Shown: positions 16,928 to 27,058, numbered from the stretch's first letter. The stretch is DNA of 34,144 nt from Candidatus Saccharibacteria bacterium UBA3829 (GCA_002393165.1 DGIF01000029.1:1-34144); one strand, 5' to 3'. Notes: generated by a model not told the origin, from the letters alone. Program-made: numbers and translations.

Positions 16928-17283
16928 TGTTAAATAAAAAATACCGATTTCACTCACGGGGTGGGGTGAATTGGGTTTATAAACACGGAAAGACGGTGCG
17001 GGGACGGCAGGCGTCGTTGGTTTTTGGCGCCAATGAACGTGGATATACACGAGTCGCGGTGGTGGTGTCGAAAAAGGTTGATAAGACTGCGGTGGGGCGC
17101 AACCGGATTAGGCGGCGAGTGTACGAGGTGATTAGACGAAATTTTGAGTATTTGCCGGCGAAGACGGATTATATTTTTGTGATTTATGCGACAGAGTTGA
17201 AGACGATGGAATTTTCTGAGCTGGAAAAATTACTCGGTGGTCTAGTCGAAGAAGCTAAGGTGTGTTATAATAAAAAGCAATGA
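16927..17283 (+). CDS. rnpA: ribonuclease P protein component
   Basis: VSKKVDKTAVGRNRIRRR (RNR motif); synteny with rpmH. Confidence 0.95.
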   Translation: MLNKKYRFHSRGGVNWVYKHGKTVRGRQASLVFGANERGYTRVAVVVSKKVDKTAVGRNRIRRRVYEVIRRNFEYLPAKTDYIFVIYATELKTMEFSELEKLLGGLVEEAKVCYNKKQ

Positions 17284-18428
17284 AAAATTGGAGTGCGAAA
17301 AAAATAATTACTTGGGCGCTCATTATAGCGTTCATTGTGGGGTCTGTGTTGGTTGGCGGACCGTTTAACTTGATTGATATTATAATAGTGCGACCGATTG
17401 TCAATATTCAGTTCATGATTTTTAATTTGGTGCACGACTTTGGTGTTGCGATTATTATATTTGCGGTGCTGGTTAAGTTGTGTATGCTGCCGCTGACAAA
17501 GCGACAGTTGATGCAGACAAGACTGATGCGAAAGATCCAGCCGGAGTTGACACAGATTCGCAAGAATTGCAACGGCAATAAGCAGCTAGAGTCGATACAG
17601 ACGCTAGATTTATATAAACGTTATAATATTAGACCATTTTCTTCGATTGCGACGCTTCTAATTCAACTGCCGATTTTTATCGCGGTGTTTTCGGCGATTC
17701 GAGTGATTGCGACGCCACTGCCGGCGGATAACTTGACGAACCGAGCATACGACATCGTGGCTTATGAAGGTTCGGAGATCCGAAAACTTGAAGATGAGCA
17801 GGTGAAATATCTGGAACTTAAATATGGTGAGAATTCCAGTGATGAGGAGAAGGCGGCAGCGGAGTATGATTTCCATCCGTCTTTGTTTGGAGTGATTGAC
17901 TTGACCGCTAAGGCGAGTGACGTGATGAATCCAGCAAGATTTTCGTGGAGTGCGGTGTTTATGCTGGTGATTTCAATTGCGGCGGCGGTGGCGCAGTATT
18001 TTGCGACGAAGCAGCAGATGCCATCTGGCAAGTCAGAGAAGAGCAAGAAATTCCGTGATCTAGTCCGCGAGGCAAAGGAAGGAAAAGAAGTTGACGATGC
18101 GGATGTGTCGGCAATATCCACGGCGCAGATGGGGAAGATGATGCCAATCATGATGTTTGTGATTATGATTAACCTGCACGGTGCACTGGCATTTTATTAT
18201 TTCTTGTCGAACATCTTAACGATTTTCCAGCAAAAGGTGATTTTCGCGAGAGCTAGGAATGAAATGGATGATAACACCGACCGGGCAATGCTGAAGGAAC
18301 TAAAGAAGACTGAAAGTGGCCGAAAGATGCGGGGGAAGATAAAAGAAGCAGAAGTGGTGGAAAATAAAAAAACAGGAACAAAAATTACTAGAATCTCCGC
18401 AAAAGATATTAAAAAGAAAAGGAGATAA
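17280..18428 (+). CDS. yidC: membrane protein insertase YidC
   Basis: MRKIQPEL, LLIQLPIF and ALAFYYFLSN motifs; synteny. Confidence 0.92.
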   Translation: MKNWSAKKIITWALIIAFIVGSVLVGGPFNLIDIIIVRPIVNIQFMIFNLVHDFGVAIIIFAVLVKLCMLPLTKRQLMQTRLMRKIQPELTQIRKNCNGNKQLESIQTLDLYKRYNIRPFSSIATLLIQLPIFIAVFSAIRVIATPLPADNLTNRAYDIVAYEGSEIRKLEDEQVKYLELKYGENSSDEEKAAAEYDFHPSLFGVIDLTAKASDVMNPARFSWSAVFMLVISIAAAVAQYFATKQQMPSGKSEKSKKFRDLVREAKEGKEVDDADVSAISTAQMGKMMPIMMFVIMINLHGALAFYYFLSNILTIFQQKVIFARARNEMDDNTDRAMLKELKKTESGRKMRGKIKEAEVVENKKTGTKITRISAKDIKKKRR

Positions 18429-18431
18429 CAA

Positions 18432-18887
18432 ATGAACAAAGACGAGTCGATAAGATTTGCGGCGAAGTATCTGGAAGATCTGCTAAGTTTCTTCGGAGTA
18501 AATGTGGCGGTGACGTCGACGATTGATGATGAAGTAATACAGTTAGGAGTGCCGTCTACCTCGCTGAATTCGCTGTTGATTGGGCGAAATGCGGATAACT
18601 TGAGGGCGCTTCAGCATGTGGTGATGATGGCGCTTTCGATGCGGGGCGCAGAAGTGACGCGCGTTAATGTGGATGTAGCTGGTTACAAAAAGCAACGAGC
18701 GGATCGAATTGCCGAGAAAGCCGAAGGGTGGATTCGGAAAGTACGCGAGACGGGTGAGTCGATGACGCTCGACTTAAATCCAGCGGATCGTCGGATAGTG
18801 CATAAAGTAGCCGGAGACTATTCGGATATTGAAACACACTCCGAAGGCGAGGGAAAAGAGCGTAAGTTAATTATTAGTAAGATTTAG
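18432..18887 (+). CDS. jag: Jag/KhpB-like RNA-binding protein (KH + R3H, no N-terminal Jag domain)
   Basis: LLIGRNADNLRALQ and DRRIVH..THSEGEG motifs; synteny. Confidence 0.88.
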   Translation: MNKDESIRFAAKYLEDLLSFFGVNVAVTSTIDDEVIQLGVPSTSLNSLLIGRNADNLRALQHVVMMALSMRGAEVTRVNVDVAGYKKQRADRIAEKAEGWIRKVRETGESMTLDLNPADRRIVHKVAGDYSDIETHSEGEGKERKLIISKI

Positions 18888-18920
18888 CTTGGTGAGATTG
18901 ATCAAGTGGACGGCTTAAGT

Positions 18921-20708
18921 TTAGTCGTCCACTTTTTTGGTTTCTGGGTTTAGAATGATAATAAAGTCGTAATCGCGCGAGACGCTACTTGGTAAGGAAG
19001 ACGAATCGGCGGCAGTTAAGTTATAGTGGGCCTCGAGGCCGGCTTGACTACCGGGTTTAGAACTAAGCGCGTAAAGGGTGGTGCCGGATGGGTAGGATTC
19101 ATCTTCTGGAAGTTCTGGCGCGTCAGAGATGTCAACAGTCGGGTAACCAATTTTGGTAAGAGTGGCTTGCTCGGCGGAAGCTAGCCCGGCAGTTTCGGTG
19201 GCGTTGAGAACTAGAATAGTAGGCTCTTCATAATCGCGGGGATCGTTAGAAAGATTTTTGTTGACAAAAGCTTGGATGGCTGTGTAATTTCCGACACCTG
19301 CAGAAGGCAAGACATAAGAAATGCCGTTAATCATGCCGGTGGTCATATAATAAATGTTGTTATCGTAATCAACGAGAGCGATTTGGCGAGCATGATTAAA
19401 GTCGAATTCTTGGGTGAAGTGGGCGAGAGTGCGCATTTCGCTAATGGAGAAATTAGTGCGGAGGTTGTCGCCTAAGGTGCCGGCGAGGCCGAGCAGATCG
19501 GAGATGGAGAGACTTTTTTCAAAGACTTTGTCTTTGATGCCGAGAAGGATTTTTTGCTGGGAGGAGCCGCGCGAGAAATCGCCGCCAGTGGTACCGTGTC
19601 GGGCGCGAGCGAGACCAAGGGCCTGCTCGCCGTTAATAGTATAAGGAACGCCGGCTTCGAAGACGGCGCCAGTCCAATAATAATCGTGAATGTCTTCATC
19701 TAGAGTGACCGTGATGCCGCCGAGAGCGTCAACGATATAAACGAGAGAGCCCCAGTTGAGATGGGCAAAATATTGAAAATCTACGCCAAGGATAGATCCA
19801 ACTTCGGCCATGAGGGCATTTGCGGCAATAGCTTCATCTTCGATGGAAAGATTGCCACCACCGCCGTTGCACCAATAGACTTCGTTGATTTTGCCGGTGG
19901 CGGTGCAGGTGGGGGAGGCTTTGAGGTCGCGGGGAAGGGAAAGCATGGCGACGTCGCCGGTTTGCTGATTCAGGGAGATTAGCATGATGGAGTCAGTGAG
20001 CTGGGCGCCGTCATGGGTACCGTTACCCTCATCGCCTTCCATGTTGTAGCCGCTGGTGCCGAAGGCAAGGATGTTGGTGCGGCCGTTAGCGTCGGTTTTT
20101 AAAGGTTCGTAGGTTTCTTGATTCAGGGTGAGGAGGTCAAAAACGGTGCCTTGGCCACCGGTGATTTTGGCGATGATGTCGTTGCCCCAAAGGATGAGAC
20201 CGCTAACGCCGGCGATAAGAATGAGAATGATAACCAGCAAGACGATGGCAACAGTACGACGAGCTTTGGAATGTTTTTTCTTTGGCCTAGTTTTTTCTTG
20301 CTTAAGGTCTTCTGGCTCGTCGTCGAGTTTGAGCGGCTCGAGCGGCGCAAGAAAATCTTCGGCTTTGGTAGTTGGCTTAAGTTTAGTTTCGGATTTTGAG
20401 GGTTTTTCTGGTTCTTTTGATGTGGTGGGGGGTTCTGGTGATTTGGTAGAATCCGGTGAAGCGACTAAGGGGACAATGTCGTCCAGTGATTTAGTATCGC
20501 TGACGGAGATTTCTAAAGATTCGTCAGCGACGATGGATTTTTTGGTTTTAGTGGGCAGGGGCTTCTTAGCAGTGCGGGTAGTTAAGGGGTCGGAAGAAGA
20601 TTTTCTATGTGTAGCGGGTTTTTGACTAAGATTTTTTGACGCGGAAGAAGAACGCGAAGTTTTGGCGCTTCGCGGAACAAGCCCATCGATTGATTTATTC
20701 GCAGTCAT
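18921..20708 (-). CDS. LCP (LytR-CpsA-Psr) family cell-wall glycopolymer transferase with LytR_C-like tail
   Basis: TDSIM, SLPRD, KIN, ARAR and DFSRGSSQQ motifs after one TM helix; C-terminal VLNATETAGLA. Confidence 0.9.
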   Translation of the reverse strand: MTANKSIDGLVPRSAKTSRSSSASKNLSQKPATHRKSSSDPLTTRTAKKPLPTKTKKSIVADESLEISVSDTKSLDDIVPLVASPDSTKSPEPPTTSKEPEKPSKSETKLKPTTKAEDFLAPLEPLKLDDEPEDLKQEKTRPKKKHSKARRTVAIVLLVIILILIAGVSGLILWGNDIIAKITGGQGTVFDLLTLNQETYEPLKTDANGRTNILAFGTSGYNMEGDEGNGTHDGAQLTDSIMLISLNQQTGDVAMLSLPRDLKASPTCTATGKINEVYWCNGGGGNLSIEDEAIAANALMAEVGSILGVDFQYFAHLNWGSLVYIVDALGGITVTLDEDIHDYYWTGAVFEAGVPYTINGEQALGLARARHGTTGGDFSRGSSQQKILLGIKDKVFEKSLSISDLLGLAGTLGDNLRTNFSISEMRTLAHFTQEFDFNHARQIALVDYDNNIYYMTTGMINGISYVLPSAGVGNYTAIQAFVNKNLSNDPRDYEEPTILVLNATETAGLASAEQATLTKIGYPTVDISDAPELPEDESYPSGTTLYALSSKPGSQAGLEAHYNLTAADSSSLPSSVSRDYDFIIILNPETKKVDD

Positions 20709-20727
20709 TATATATAATTATAACATA

Positions 20728-21045
20728 ATGGCAATCAAGTTAACAAAAAAACAATTAGCGGTTTTGAACTTCATAGAAGATTTTGTAGAGGAGCGCGGAT
20801 TGTCGCCGACGTATCGAGAGATAATGGCGGGATTAGATTTAACGAGTGTGTCGGCGGTGGCAGAGCATGTAGATAATTTGGTGGAAAAGGGAGTGTTAAA
20901 GAAGACGCCGGGTGCGGCGCGAACGCTGGAGGTGTTAGACTATAAACATGAAGATACGGTGGAGCTGTTTAAAACAAAAATGTTGACTTGTACGGAAGAA
21001 GAAAAAAAGACGTTGGAAAAAGCGATGGAGATTCTGGGGCTATGA
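20728..21045 (+). CDS. LexA-like DNA-binding protein without the peptidase domain
   Basis: LTKKQLAVLNFI..G.SPTYREI..L.SVSAVAEHV..L.EKG.L.K.PGAAR matches the LexA N-terminal winged helix; 105 aa. Confidence 0.85.
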   Translation: MAIKLTKKQLAVLNFIEDFVEERGLSPTYREIMAGLDLTSVSAVAEHVDNLVEKGVLKKTPGAARTLEVLDYKHEDTVELFKTKMLTCTEEEKKTLEKAMEILGL

Positions 21046-21614
21046 CGGCGGCGCGAAGGAGAAGGCGAAGTCGGCGATGGGCGTATTGGTTGGTAGTTTT
21101 GGTGCTGGTGGCGGTAGCTGCGGGGGTGGGTTATAAAGTATGGGAAGAATATTTCCAAAAAAGCGATACGGGTCAAGCGGTGGTGGATGGTACGAAGGAC
21201 GAAGAGCCGGCAGAAAAACCAGTGGAGCCGGTTGAACCGGTTTCGCCAGATGGTAATGAGGAGCCGGAGGAAGAAGAGATACCGGAAACGAAGCCGCAGT
21301 ATGATGGTGCCAATCCCAACACGGGCGGCGATATAACGGGCGTAATTACTTATGCTGGGGTGAGCGATGCGATGTTGATGATTCGGGTGAATATTGATCA
21401 GTATCTTGCTGGTGGGAATTGTGAGTTGACTTTGGCGCGCGATGGAGCAGCGCTTTATAGTGAAAGCGCGAGGGTGGCCGACTCGGCGGCGACTTCGACT
21501 TGTGAAGGTTTTAATGTACCAGTGGCGAAGGTGGGCAGCGGTAAGATTGGCATAAGGATTTTGGTGACATCGGGGGAACGGTCTGGTATAATTGAGGGTG
21601 AGGCAGATCTATGA
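21042..21614 (+). CDS. membrane-anchored hypothetical protein with acidic Pro/Glu linker and beta-rich domain
   Basis: Arg-rich N-terminus plus TM helix; ATGA overlaps with both neighbours; Cys pair in the C-terminal domain. Confidence 0.78.
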   Translation: MTAARRRRRSRRWAYWLVVLVLVAVAAGVGYKVWEEYFQKSDTGQAVVDGTKDEEPAEKPVEPVEPVSPDGNEEPEEEEIPETKPQYDGANPNTGGDITGVITYAGVSDAMLMIRVNIDQYLAGGNCELTLARDGAALYSESARVADSAATSTCEGFNVPVAKVGSGKIGIRILVTSGERSGIIEGEADL

Positions 21615-23140
21615 CAAGACGTCGACGTGACAGAAGAATTTGGTATGTGCTGCTGGTGATATTTGTGGCGGTGGGCTTTTTTAGTTTCTTGACACAGCGA
21701 GGAGATAAGGCAGAAGTCGAAGCAGCATCGCTGGACAAGTTTGACGCAGGGTTGATTATCTCGGATTACCAGATGGGGAATTATCAGTCGATGACAAAGG
21801 ACGAGATTCAGCAGTTTTTGACGGCAAAGAATGGCTGCAAAAATAAAGACGCAGCGCTATATGAAAGTTTGACGGAGCGGTATAAGACGATTCATTGGCA
21901 TTTTAAAGACGGGCATTTCGTGTGTTTGTCCGAGGAAGTTTTCGGCGATGGTGTGGAATACGGCGAGGACTTGGAGGCTGGTACGGGCGAAACGGCGGCG
22001 CAGATCATTTGGCAGGCTGCGCAAGATTATAAGATTAACCCGCAGGTTTTGATTGTTCTGTTAGAAAAAGAGCAGAGCTTGATCACGGACCCGTATCCGC
22101 ATAGTGGCCAGTATCGGTCGGCGGCGGGGTATGGTTGTCCGGATACGGCGCCGTGCGCGACGGAGTATTATGGATTTAAGAATCAGGTGCGCAGGGCAGC
22201 GGCGATGTTTAGAACGGTGCTAGACGGCGGCTGGACAAACTATCCGCTGGGGAAGAACTATATCCAATACAACCCATCGCCAAGTTGTGGCGGTTCGATA
22301 GTGGAAATAAAGAACCTCGCGACGTCGGCGCTATATCGTTACACGCCGTATCAGCCAAACGCGGCGGCGCTGGCGGCTGGATACGGAACGGCGGAATGCG
22401 GCGCTTACGGAAACCGGAATTTTTATTTGTACTTTCAGGATTGGTTCGGCGGGATAACGGACGAGGGGGTGGAGGAAGTGGTAGAGTTGACCCCGAAAGA
22501 GAAAGCGACAATAGAGATTGACAAAAGGGCAAAAGAGGCAAAAGTACTAGGTAAGGCGAAAAACGGAAAGTTAAAGGAGCTGAAGGGCGGTGGATATTAT
22601 AAGGAATTTAAACACGGCTATATATATTGGACCGAAAAAACCGGAGCATGGGATATATCGGGTGGGATATTGCTCGCGTGGGATGAAGTAAAACAGGATT
22701 TTGGCTATCCAACCAGTAGCGAACAAAAGAACGCTTCTGGCATGATATACCAGACTTTTGAGAATGGTAGTATATATTGGGATGTGAAAACTGGAGCTTG
22801 GCCAATTAGAAAGTTCGCGGAAGAAAAGTGGTTGGAACTGGGTGGTTTTAACAGTAAACTTGGGAAGCTAGTGAACCATGGTTATTGTGGGCTAGCGAAA
22901 GGTGGTTGTTATCAAGCTTTCAAGACAGGGAACATTTACTGGACTGAAGCAACTGGAGCGTATGATGTTTCTGGTGGAATTTATCAGGCATACTTTGATG
23001 AGGGTACTGAATGGGGGGCGCTTGGCTATCCAACCAGTAGCGAACAAAAGAACGCTTCTGGCATGATATACCAGACTTTTGAGAATGGTAGTATATATTG
23101 GGATGTGAAAACTGGAGCCAGCGTAGAAAGTGCTGGCTAA
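21611..23140 (+). CDS. secreted protein with putative lysozyme-like N-terminal domain and LGFP-type repeats
   Basis: INPQVLIVLLEKEQS, GYGCPD and YRYTPY motifs; C-terminal LGYPTSSE..YQTFENGSIYW repeats. Confidence 0.8.
   Translation: MTRRRRDRRIWYVLLVIFVAVGFFSFLTQRGDKAEVEAASLDKFDAGLIISDYQMGNYQSMTKDEIQQFLTAKNGCKNKDAALYESLTERYKTIHWHFKDGHFVCLSEEVFGDGVEYGEDLEAGTGETAAQIIWQAAQDYKINPQVLIVLLEKEQSLITDPYPHSGQYRSAAGYGCPDTAPCATEYYGFKNQVRRAAAMFRTVLDGGWTNYPLGKNYIQYNPSPSCGGSIVEIKNLATSALYRYTPYQPNAAALAAGYGTAECGAYGNRNFYLYFQDWFGGITDEGVEEVVELTPKEKATIEIDKRAKEAKVLGKAKNGKLKELKGGGYYKEFKHGYIYWTEKTGAWDISGGILLAWDEVKQDFGYPTSSEQKNASGMIYQTFENGSIYWDVKTGAWPIRKFAEEKWLELGGFNSKLGKLVNHGYCGLAKGGCYQAFKTGNIYWTEATGAYDVSGGIYQAYFDEGTEWGALGYPTSSEQKNASGMIYQTFENGSIYWDVKTGASVESAG
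22701..23118 (+). repeat. 97-bp exact direct repeat (22701-22797 and 23022-23118)
   Basis: Nucleotide-identical copies, offset 321 bp (in frame). Confidence 0.93.
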
Positions 23141-23231
23141 AAGATGTTTTTGTGGTAGAATTAGATAAGATAATATTGTATATGGGTAGCCGTTGGCGTG
23201 TTGTTGGGCGGCTGCATTGAGGAGCTTTAGA

Positions 23232-24593
23232 ATGAAAGTTGAGGCTGCTGGCTTAAGTAAGGAAGTCGTTAGACTTAGGAAAGAGAACAATCTTTTAAAA
23301 GATGAGAATTTTTTGCTGAAGGAGAAGTTGGGTTCAAAAAGATACAGGGCGATTGATGCCGTTGTGGACTTCATATATCGGAGTCGCAGAAACAAGTTGG
23401 CACGCCTAGAGAAGGATATCAAGGAAGTACGAAGCGGGGGATATAAAGCTAAAAGGTCGGTCAAGGTGGGGAGAGTTGATATTGTAAATATTAACTTTTA
23501 TGATTGGGATGGGAAAGAAGTTTTTAAGGGGGGTGCCGAAAGATATGTTTACGATTTAGCGTGTTTATTGAAGGATATGGGATTTAAGCCGAGAATACTG
23601 CAATGTTCAAACAAGTTTTTTAAAAAACGTTTTAACGGTGTTGAGGTTGTTGGCGTAGGTGGTGGTAGCAGGAGTAGTACGGCGGAGAATTCGACTTTAT
23701 TTAATGATTATTGTAGGGACTGTGAGTTTTTGATTGCATCGCCACTTGAGTTGGCTTGTGAGATAAAGGACATACCGGTGATCGGGATCAATCATGGGGT
23801 TAACTTTGATGGGATATGGAACGCGTTTGGCAATAATTATGCCGGTGTGCATGATGAAAGGATGTCGGCTCTTAAAAATGTTTTTAGCTGCGTTTGTGTC
23901 GATACTAACTTTATAAATTGGACAAGAACCCTGGATTATAATTTGTCTTTGAAAGAAAAATATATTCCTAACTATTTTGATGAGGAGCAGTTTAGGGTTA
24001 AAAGAACCAGAGGGCGTGGCGATCAGGTAGTTTTTGTGTATCCGAGAAGAATTTACGAGGCGCGTGGTTACGACATTACGATAGAGGCGTTTCGTAAGAT
24101 TCTGCCTAAATATGGTAAAAAAGTTAGGTTGAACTTTGTTGGTCAAGTGGATAACGAGAAGGCCTCTAGCGACTTGGAGGAGTTTATGCGGGAGTTTCCG
24201 GAGAACGTTTTTCATTTTGAATATAAAATGGAGGAAATGGCTAATGCGTATAAGGATGCGGACGTGGTGCTTATCCCGACGAAGTACTGTGAGGGGACCT
24301 CGTTGTCATGTATAGAGGGGATGGTTTCTGGTGCGGCTGTTTTGGCGACCAATGTCGGCGGGCTGCCAGATCTTGTTATAGACGGTTTTAATGGATTAAT
24401 GATTGAGCCGACGGCGGATAGTTTAAGAGATGCGGTCGAGCAGTTAATAGAGGACCCACGTCTAAGAAAAAGGCTGGCAAGTAATGGTAAAAAAGTAGCA
24501 GAAGAGGCTTTTAATAAGAAAAATTGGGAAAGAGGATGGCAGGATGAGATTCGACGAATTAGGGAATCTGCCGCGAACGGGCGTGTGATATAA
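23232..24593 (+). CDS. GT4 family glycosyltransferase with N-terminal coiled coil
   Basis: GGAERY and EGTSLSCIEGM..ATNVGGLPD motifs; start placed at the ATG after AGGAG. Confidence 0.88.
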   Translation: MKVEAAGLSKEVVRLRKENNLLKDENFLLKEKLGSKRYRAIDAVVDFIYRSRRNKLARLEKDIKEVRSGGYKAKRSVKVGRVDIVNINFYDWDGKEVFKGGAERYVYDLACLLKDMGFKPRILQCSNKFFKKRFNGVEVVGVGGGSRSSTAENSTLFNDYCRDCEFLIASPLELACEIKDIPVIGINHGVNFDGIWNAFGNNYAGVHDERMSALKNVFSCVCVDTNFINWTRTLDYNLSLKEKYIPNYFDEEQFRVKRTRGRGDQVVFVYPRRIYEARGYDITIEAFRKILPKYGKKVRLNFVGQVDNEKASSDLEEFMREFPENVFHFEYKMEEMANAYKDADVVLIPTKYCEGTSLSCIEGMVSGAAVLATNVGGLPDLVIDGFNGLMIEPTADSLRDAVEQLIEDPRLRKRLASNGKKVAEEAFNKKNWERGWQDEIRRIRESAANGRVI

Positions 24594-24600
24594 TATAGAT

Positions 24601-25698
24601 ATGAAAAAGAAAGTTTTATCCGTTTTTGGTACGCGGCCAGAGGCAATTAAAATGGCACCAGTAGTAAAAGAGTTGGAGTCGCGTGATGGAATTGAATCTG
24701 TAGTTTGCGTAACGGCGCAGCATCGCGGAATGCTTGATCAGGTATTGAGAGTTTTCAATATTAAACCAGACTATGATTTAGACATTATGAGGCCCGGTCA
24801 GACGTTGGCGTATATAACAGCGGCGGTTCTTCAGGGCATGGGAGAAGTGATAAGTAAGGAAAAGCCAGATATAGTGTTGGTCCACGGCGATACTACCACT
24901 TCAATGGCTGCGGCTTTAGCGGCATTTTATCAGCAAGTGCCGGTAGGGCATGTGGAGGCAGGGTTAAGAACGTATGATAAATATTCGCCGTTTCCGGAGG
25001 AGATGAATCGTCAGGTTATTGACAGGGTTGCAGATTATCTTTTCGCGCCAACGGAGACGAACAGAAAAAATCTTGAAGGAAAGCTGAATAAGGGCCAGAA
25101 GATTTTTGTAACTGGTAATACGGTGATAGATGCACTAAAAACCACAGTGTCCAAAGATTATCAAAATGATATATTGGATTGGGCAAAGGATAGTAGATTG
25201 ATTTTGGTTACGGCGCATCGTCGTGAGAATTTAGGAGAGCCGATGAGGCGGATTTTTAGGGCAATAAAAAAGTTGACTGAGGAGTTTCCGGATGTTAAGG
25301 TGATCTATCCAGTGCATTTAAATCCTAAGGTACAGGAAGCGGCGGAAGAGATTCTTGGAGATAGTGACAAAGTTAAGCTTATAAAACCGTTGGATGTTTT
25401 GGATTTTCACAATTTTATGGAAAGAGCATATTTTATTATGTCTGATAGTGGTGGGGTACAAGAAGAAGCTCCGTCGCTTGGAAAACCGGTGTTAGTGATT
25501 CGCGATACGACTGAGCGTCCAGAGGGTGTAGAAGCTGGAACTCTGAAGTTGGTAGGGACTGACTTTGATAGCGTCTATAGAGAGGCGAAGGTGTTGTTGA
25601 CCAGGTCGGACGAGTATGAGAGGATGTCCCAAGCAAAGAATCCATATGGCGATGGGTTCGCGAGTAAATATATAGTAGATGCCTTATTGGAGGGTTGA
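24601..25698 (+). CDS. wecB: UDP-N-acetylglucosamine 2-epimerase (non-hydrolysing)
   Basis: FGTRPEAIKMAP, HVEAGLRT, DSGGVQEEAP and NPYGDG motifs. Confidence 0.96.
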   Translation: MKKKVLSVFGTRPEAIKMAPVVKELESRDGIESVVCVTAQHRGMLDQVLRVFNIKPDYDLDIMRPGQTLAYITAAVLQGMGEVISKEKPDIVLVHGDTTTSMAAALAAFYQQVPVGHVEAGLRTYDKYSPFPEEMNRQVIDRVADYLFAPTETNRKNLEGKLNKGQKIFVTGNTVIDALKTTVSKDYQNDILDWAKDSRLILVTAHRRENLGEPMRRIFRAIKKLTEEFPDVKVIYPVHLNPKVQEAAEEILGDSDKVKLIKPLDVLDFHNFMERAYFIMSDSGGVQEEAPSLGKPVLVIRDTTERPEGVEAGTLKLVGTDFDSVYREAKVLLTRSDEYERMSQAKNPYGDGFASKYIVDALLEG

Positions 25699-25705
25699 CC
25701 GCGTT

Positions 25706-27058
25706 ATGAATAGGGAGAAAGAATTAGAAAAGAGAATTGTAGAGCTCGAACACGAGAACGATATCCTAAAAAGGGAAAATAAATACTTTAAAAAGCTTAC
25801 GAGTTCAAAGCGGTTTAAGTTTGCTGAGAAGATAGCGACTGGCTATAATGGAGTGTTCCCAAAAAACACTAAACGACGTGATGTGATGGAGAAGGTTGGC
25901 GTAGCTGGTAAAAAGGTTATTGATAAGAGGCGAATTAGGAGAGAAAAGAAGATCACACAAAAAATTGAGAAACTTGTTGAGGGATATCGGAAGGTAATTG
26001 TGCTGAACAGTGTTCCGTATAATTTAAAGTTGAAGCAGCGGCCGCATCATCTTGCAGAGGAGTTTAGTAAACTGGGATATTTTGTGATCTATTTGGAATA
26101 TGATAATGTGATCGAGAGCTTTAGGCAGATAAAAAAGAATCTAATAACGGTGAATACCGAGAGATTTTTAGGTGGTTTACCAAAGTTATGTAGCGAATGT
26201 TATTTTCTGACGCCAAATAATATGCCCACTAGATATGATGTGCTAAAGAAAGAAAAGGAGTTGGGATATAGAATAATTTATGACTATCTTGACGAATTTC
26301 ATGAAGATATATCTGGCGACCTTAGTATCCAGATGGAAGTGTGGGATAAGCTTAAGGAGTTAGAGCCGGTATTATGTTTGGCGACAGCTAAAAGATTGTA
26401 TGATGAACTGAAAAAGCATATGGGTGAAGACCAAATGATCGTGATGGCGAGGAATGCTGTGGATGTAGAACACTTTGATTTTAAGAGAAATAGTAGTGCG
26501 AATGCGCCAATGGACTTGAAAGGGATTGTTGATAAAGAGAAACCAATAATTGGTTTTTACGGAGCGTTGGCGCCGTGGATTGATTTTAAGATGTTGAATA
26601 AAATAGCCGCCAAGCATGAAGAGTGGGAGTTTGTATATTTAGGCGTAGACTATAATGGTGCGGCGATAGATCTAGAAATAAGAGATAATGTACACAACTT
26701 AGGGGCAAAGAATTACGATACTCTACCCCGGTACGCAAAATATTTTGACTCGGCAATGATTCCGTTTAGGCAGGGAGAGATTGCTAAGGCCACTTCCCCC
26801 GTGAAGCTGTTTGAGTATATGGCGGCCGGGCTTCCAACTGTTTGTACGAGGGATTTGCAGGAATGCAAGGGGTATAAGTTTGTTTATATGGCTGAGGATA
26901 GTGACGAGTTTGAAAAGTATTTGGCTAGGGCGATTAAAGACCATAAAAATGTGAAAAGTCGCGAGGAGTTGCTTTCGCAGGCGAAAGAGAATACTTGGGC
27001 TAAGCGGGCACGGGTTATTGACGAGAGTTTAAGTTTGGTTAGGAAGGAGGAAAAATGA
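25706..27058 (+). CDS. GT-B (GT4-like) glycosyltransferase with N-terminal coiled coil
   Basis: QRPHHLA, IGFYGALAPWID and SPVKLFEYMAAGLP motifs. Confidence 0.88.
   Translation: MNREKELEKRIVELEHENDILKRENKYFKKLTSSKRFKFAEKIATGYNGVFPKNTKRRDVMEKVGVAGKKVIDKRRIRREKKITQKIEKLVEGYRKVIVLNSVPYNLKLKQRPHHLAEEFSKLGYFVIYLEYDNVIESFRQIKKNLITVNTERFLGGLPKLCSECYFLTPNNMPTRYDVLKKEKELGYRIIYDYLDEFHEDISGDLSIQMEVWDKLKELEPVLCLATAKRLYDELKKHMGEDQMIVMARNAVDVEHFDFKRNSSANAPMDLKGIVDKEKPIIGFYGALAPWIDFKMLNKIAAKHEEWEFVYLGVDYNGAAIDLEIRDNVHNLGAKNYDTLPRYAKYFDSAMIPFRQGEIAKATSPVKLFEYMAAGLPTVCTRDLQECKGYKFVYMAEDSDEFEKYLARAIKDHKNVKSREELLSQAKENTWAKRARVIDESLSLVRKEEK

Noticed and set aside
22701-23118. DGR template/variable repeat pair or CRISPR array
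   Set aside because: Copies are identical with no adenine-specific mismatches, in frame, only two in number, and no reverse transcriptase or cas gene is in the window.
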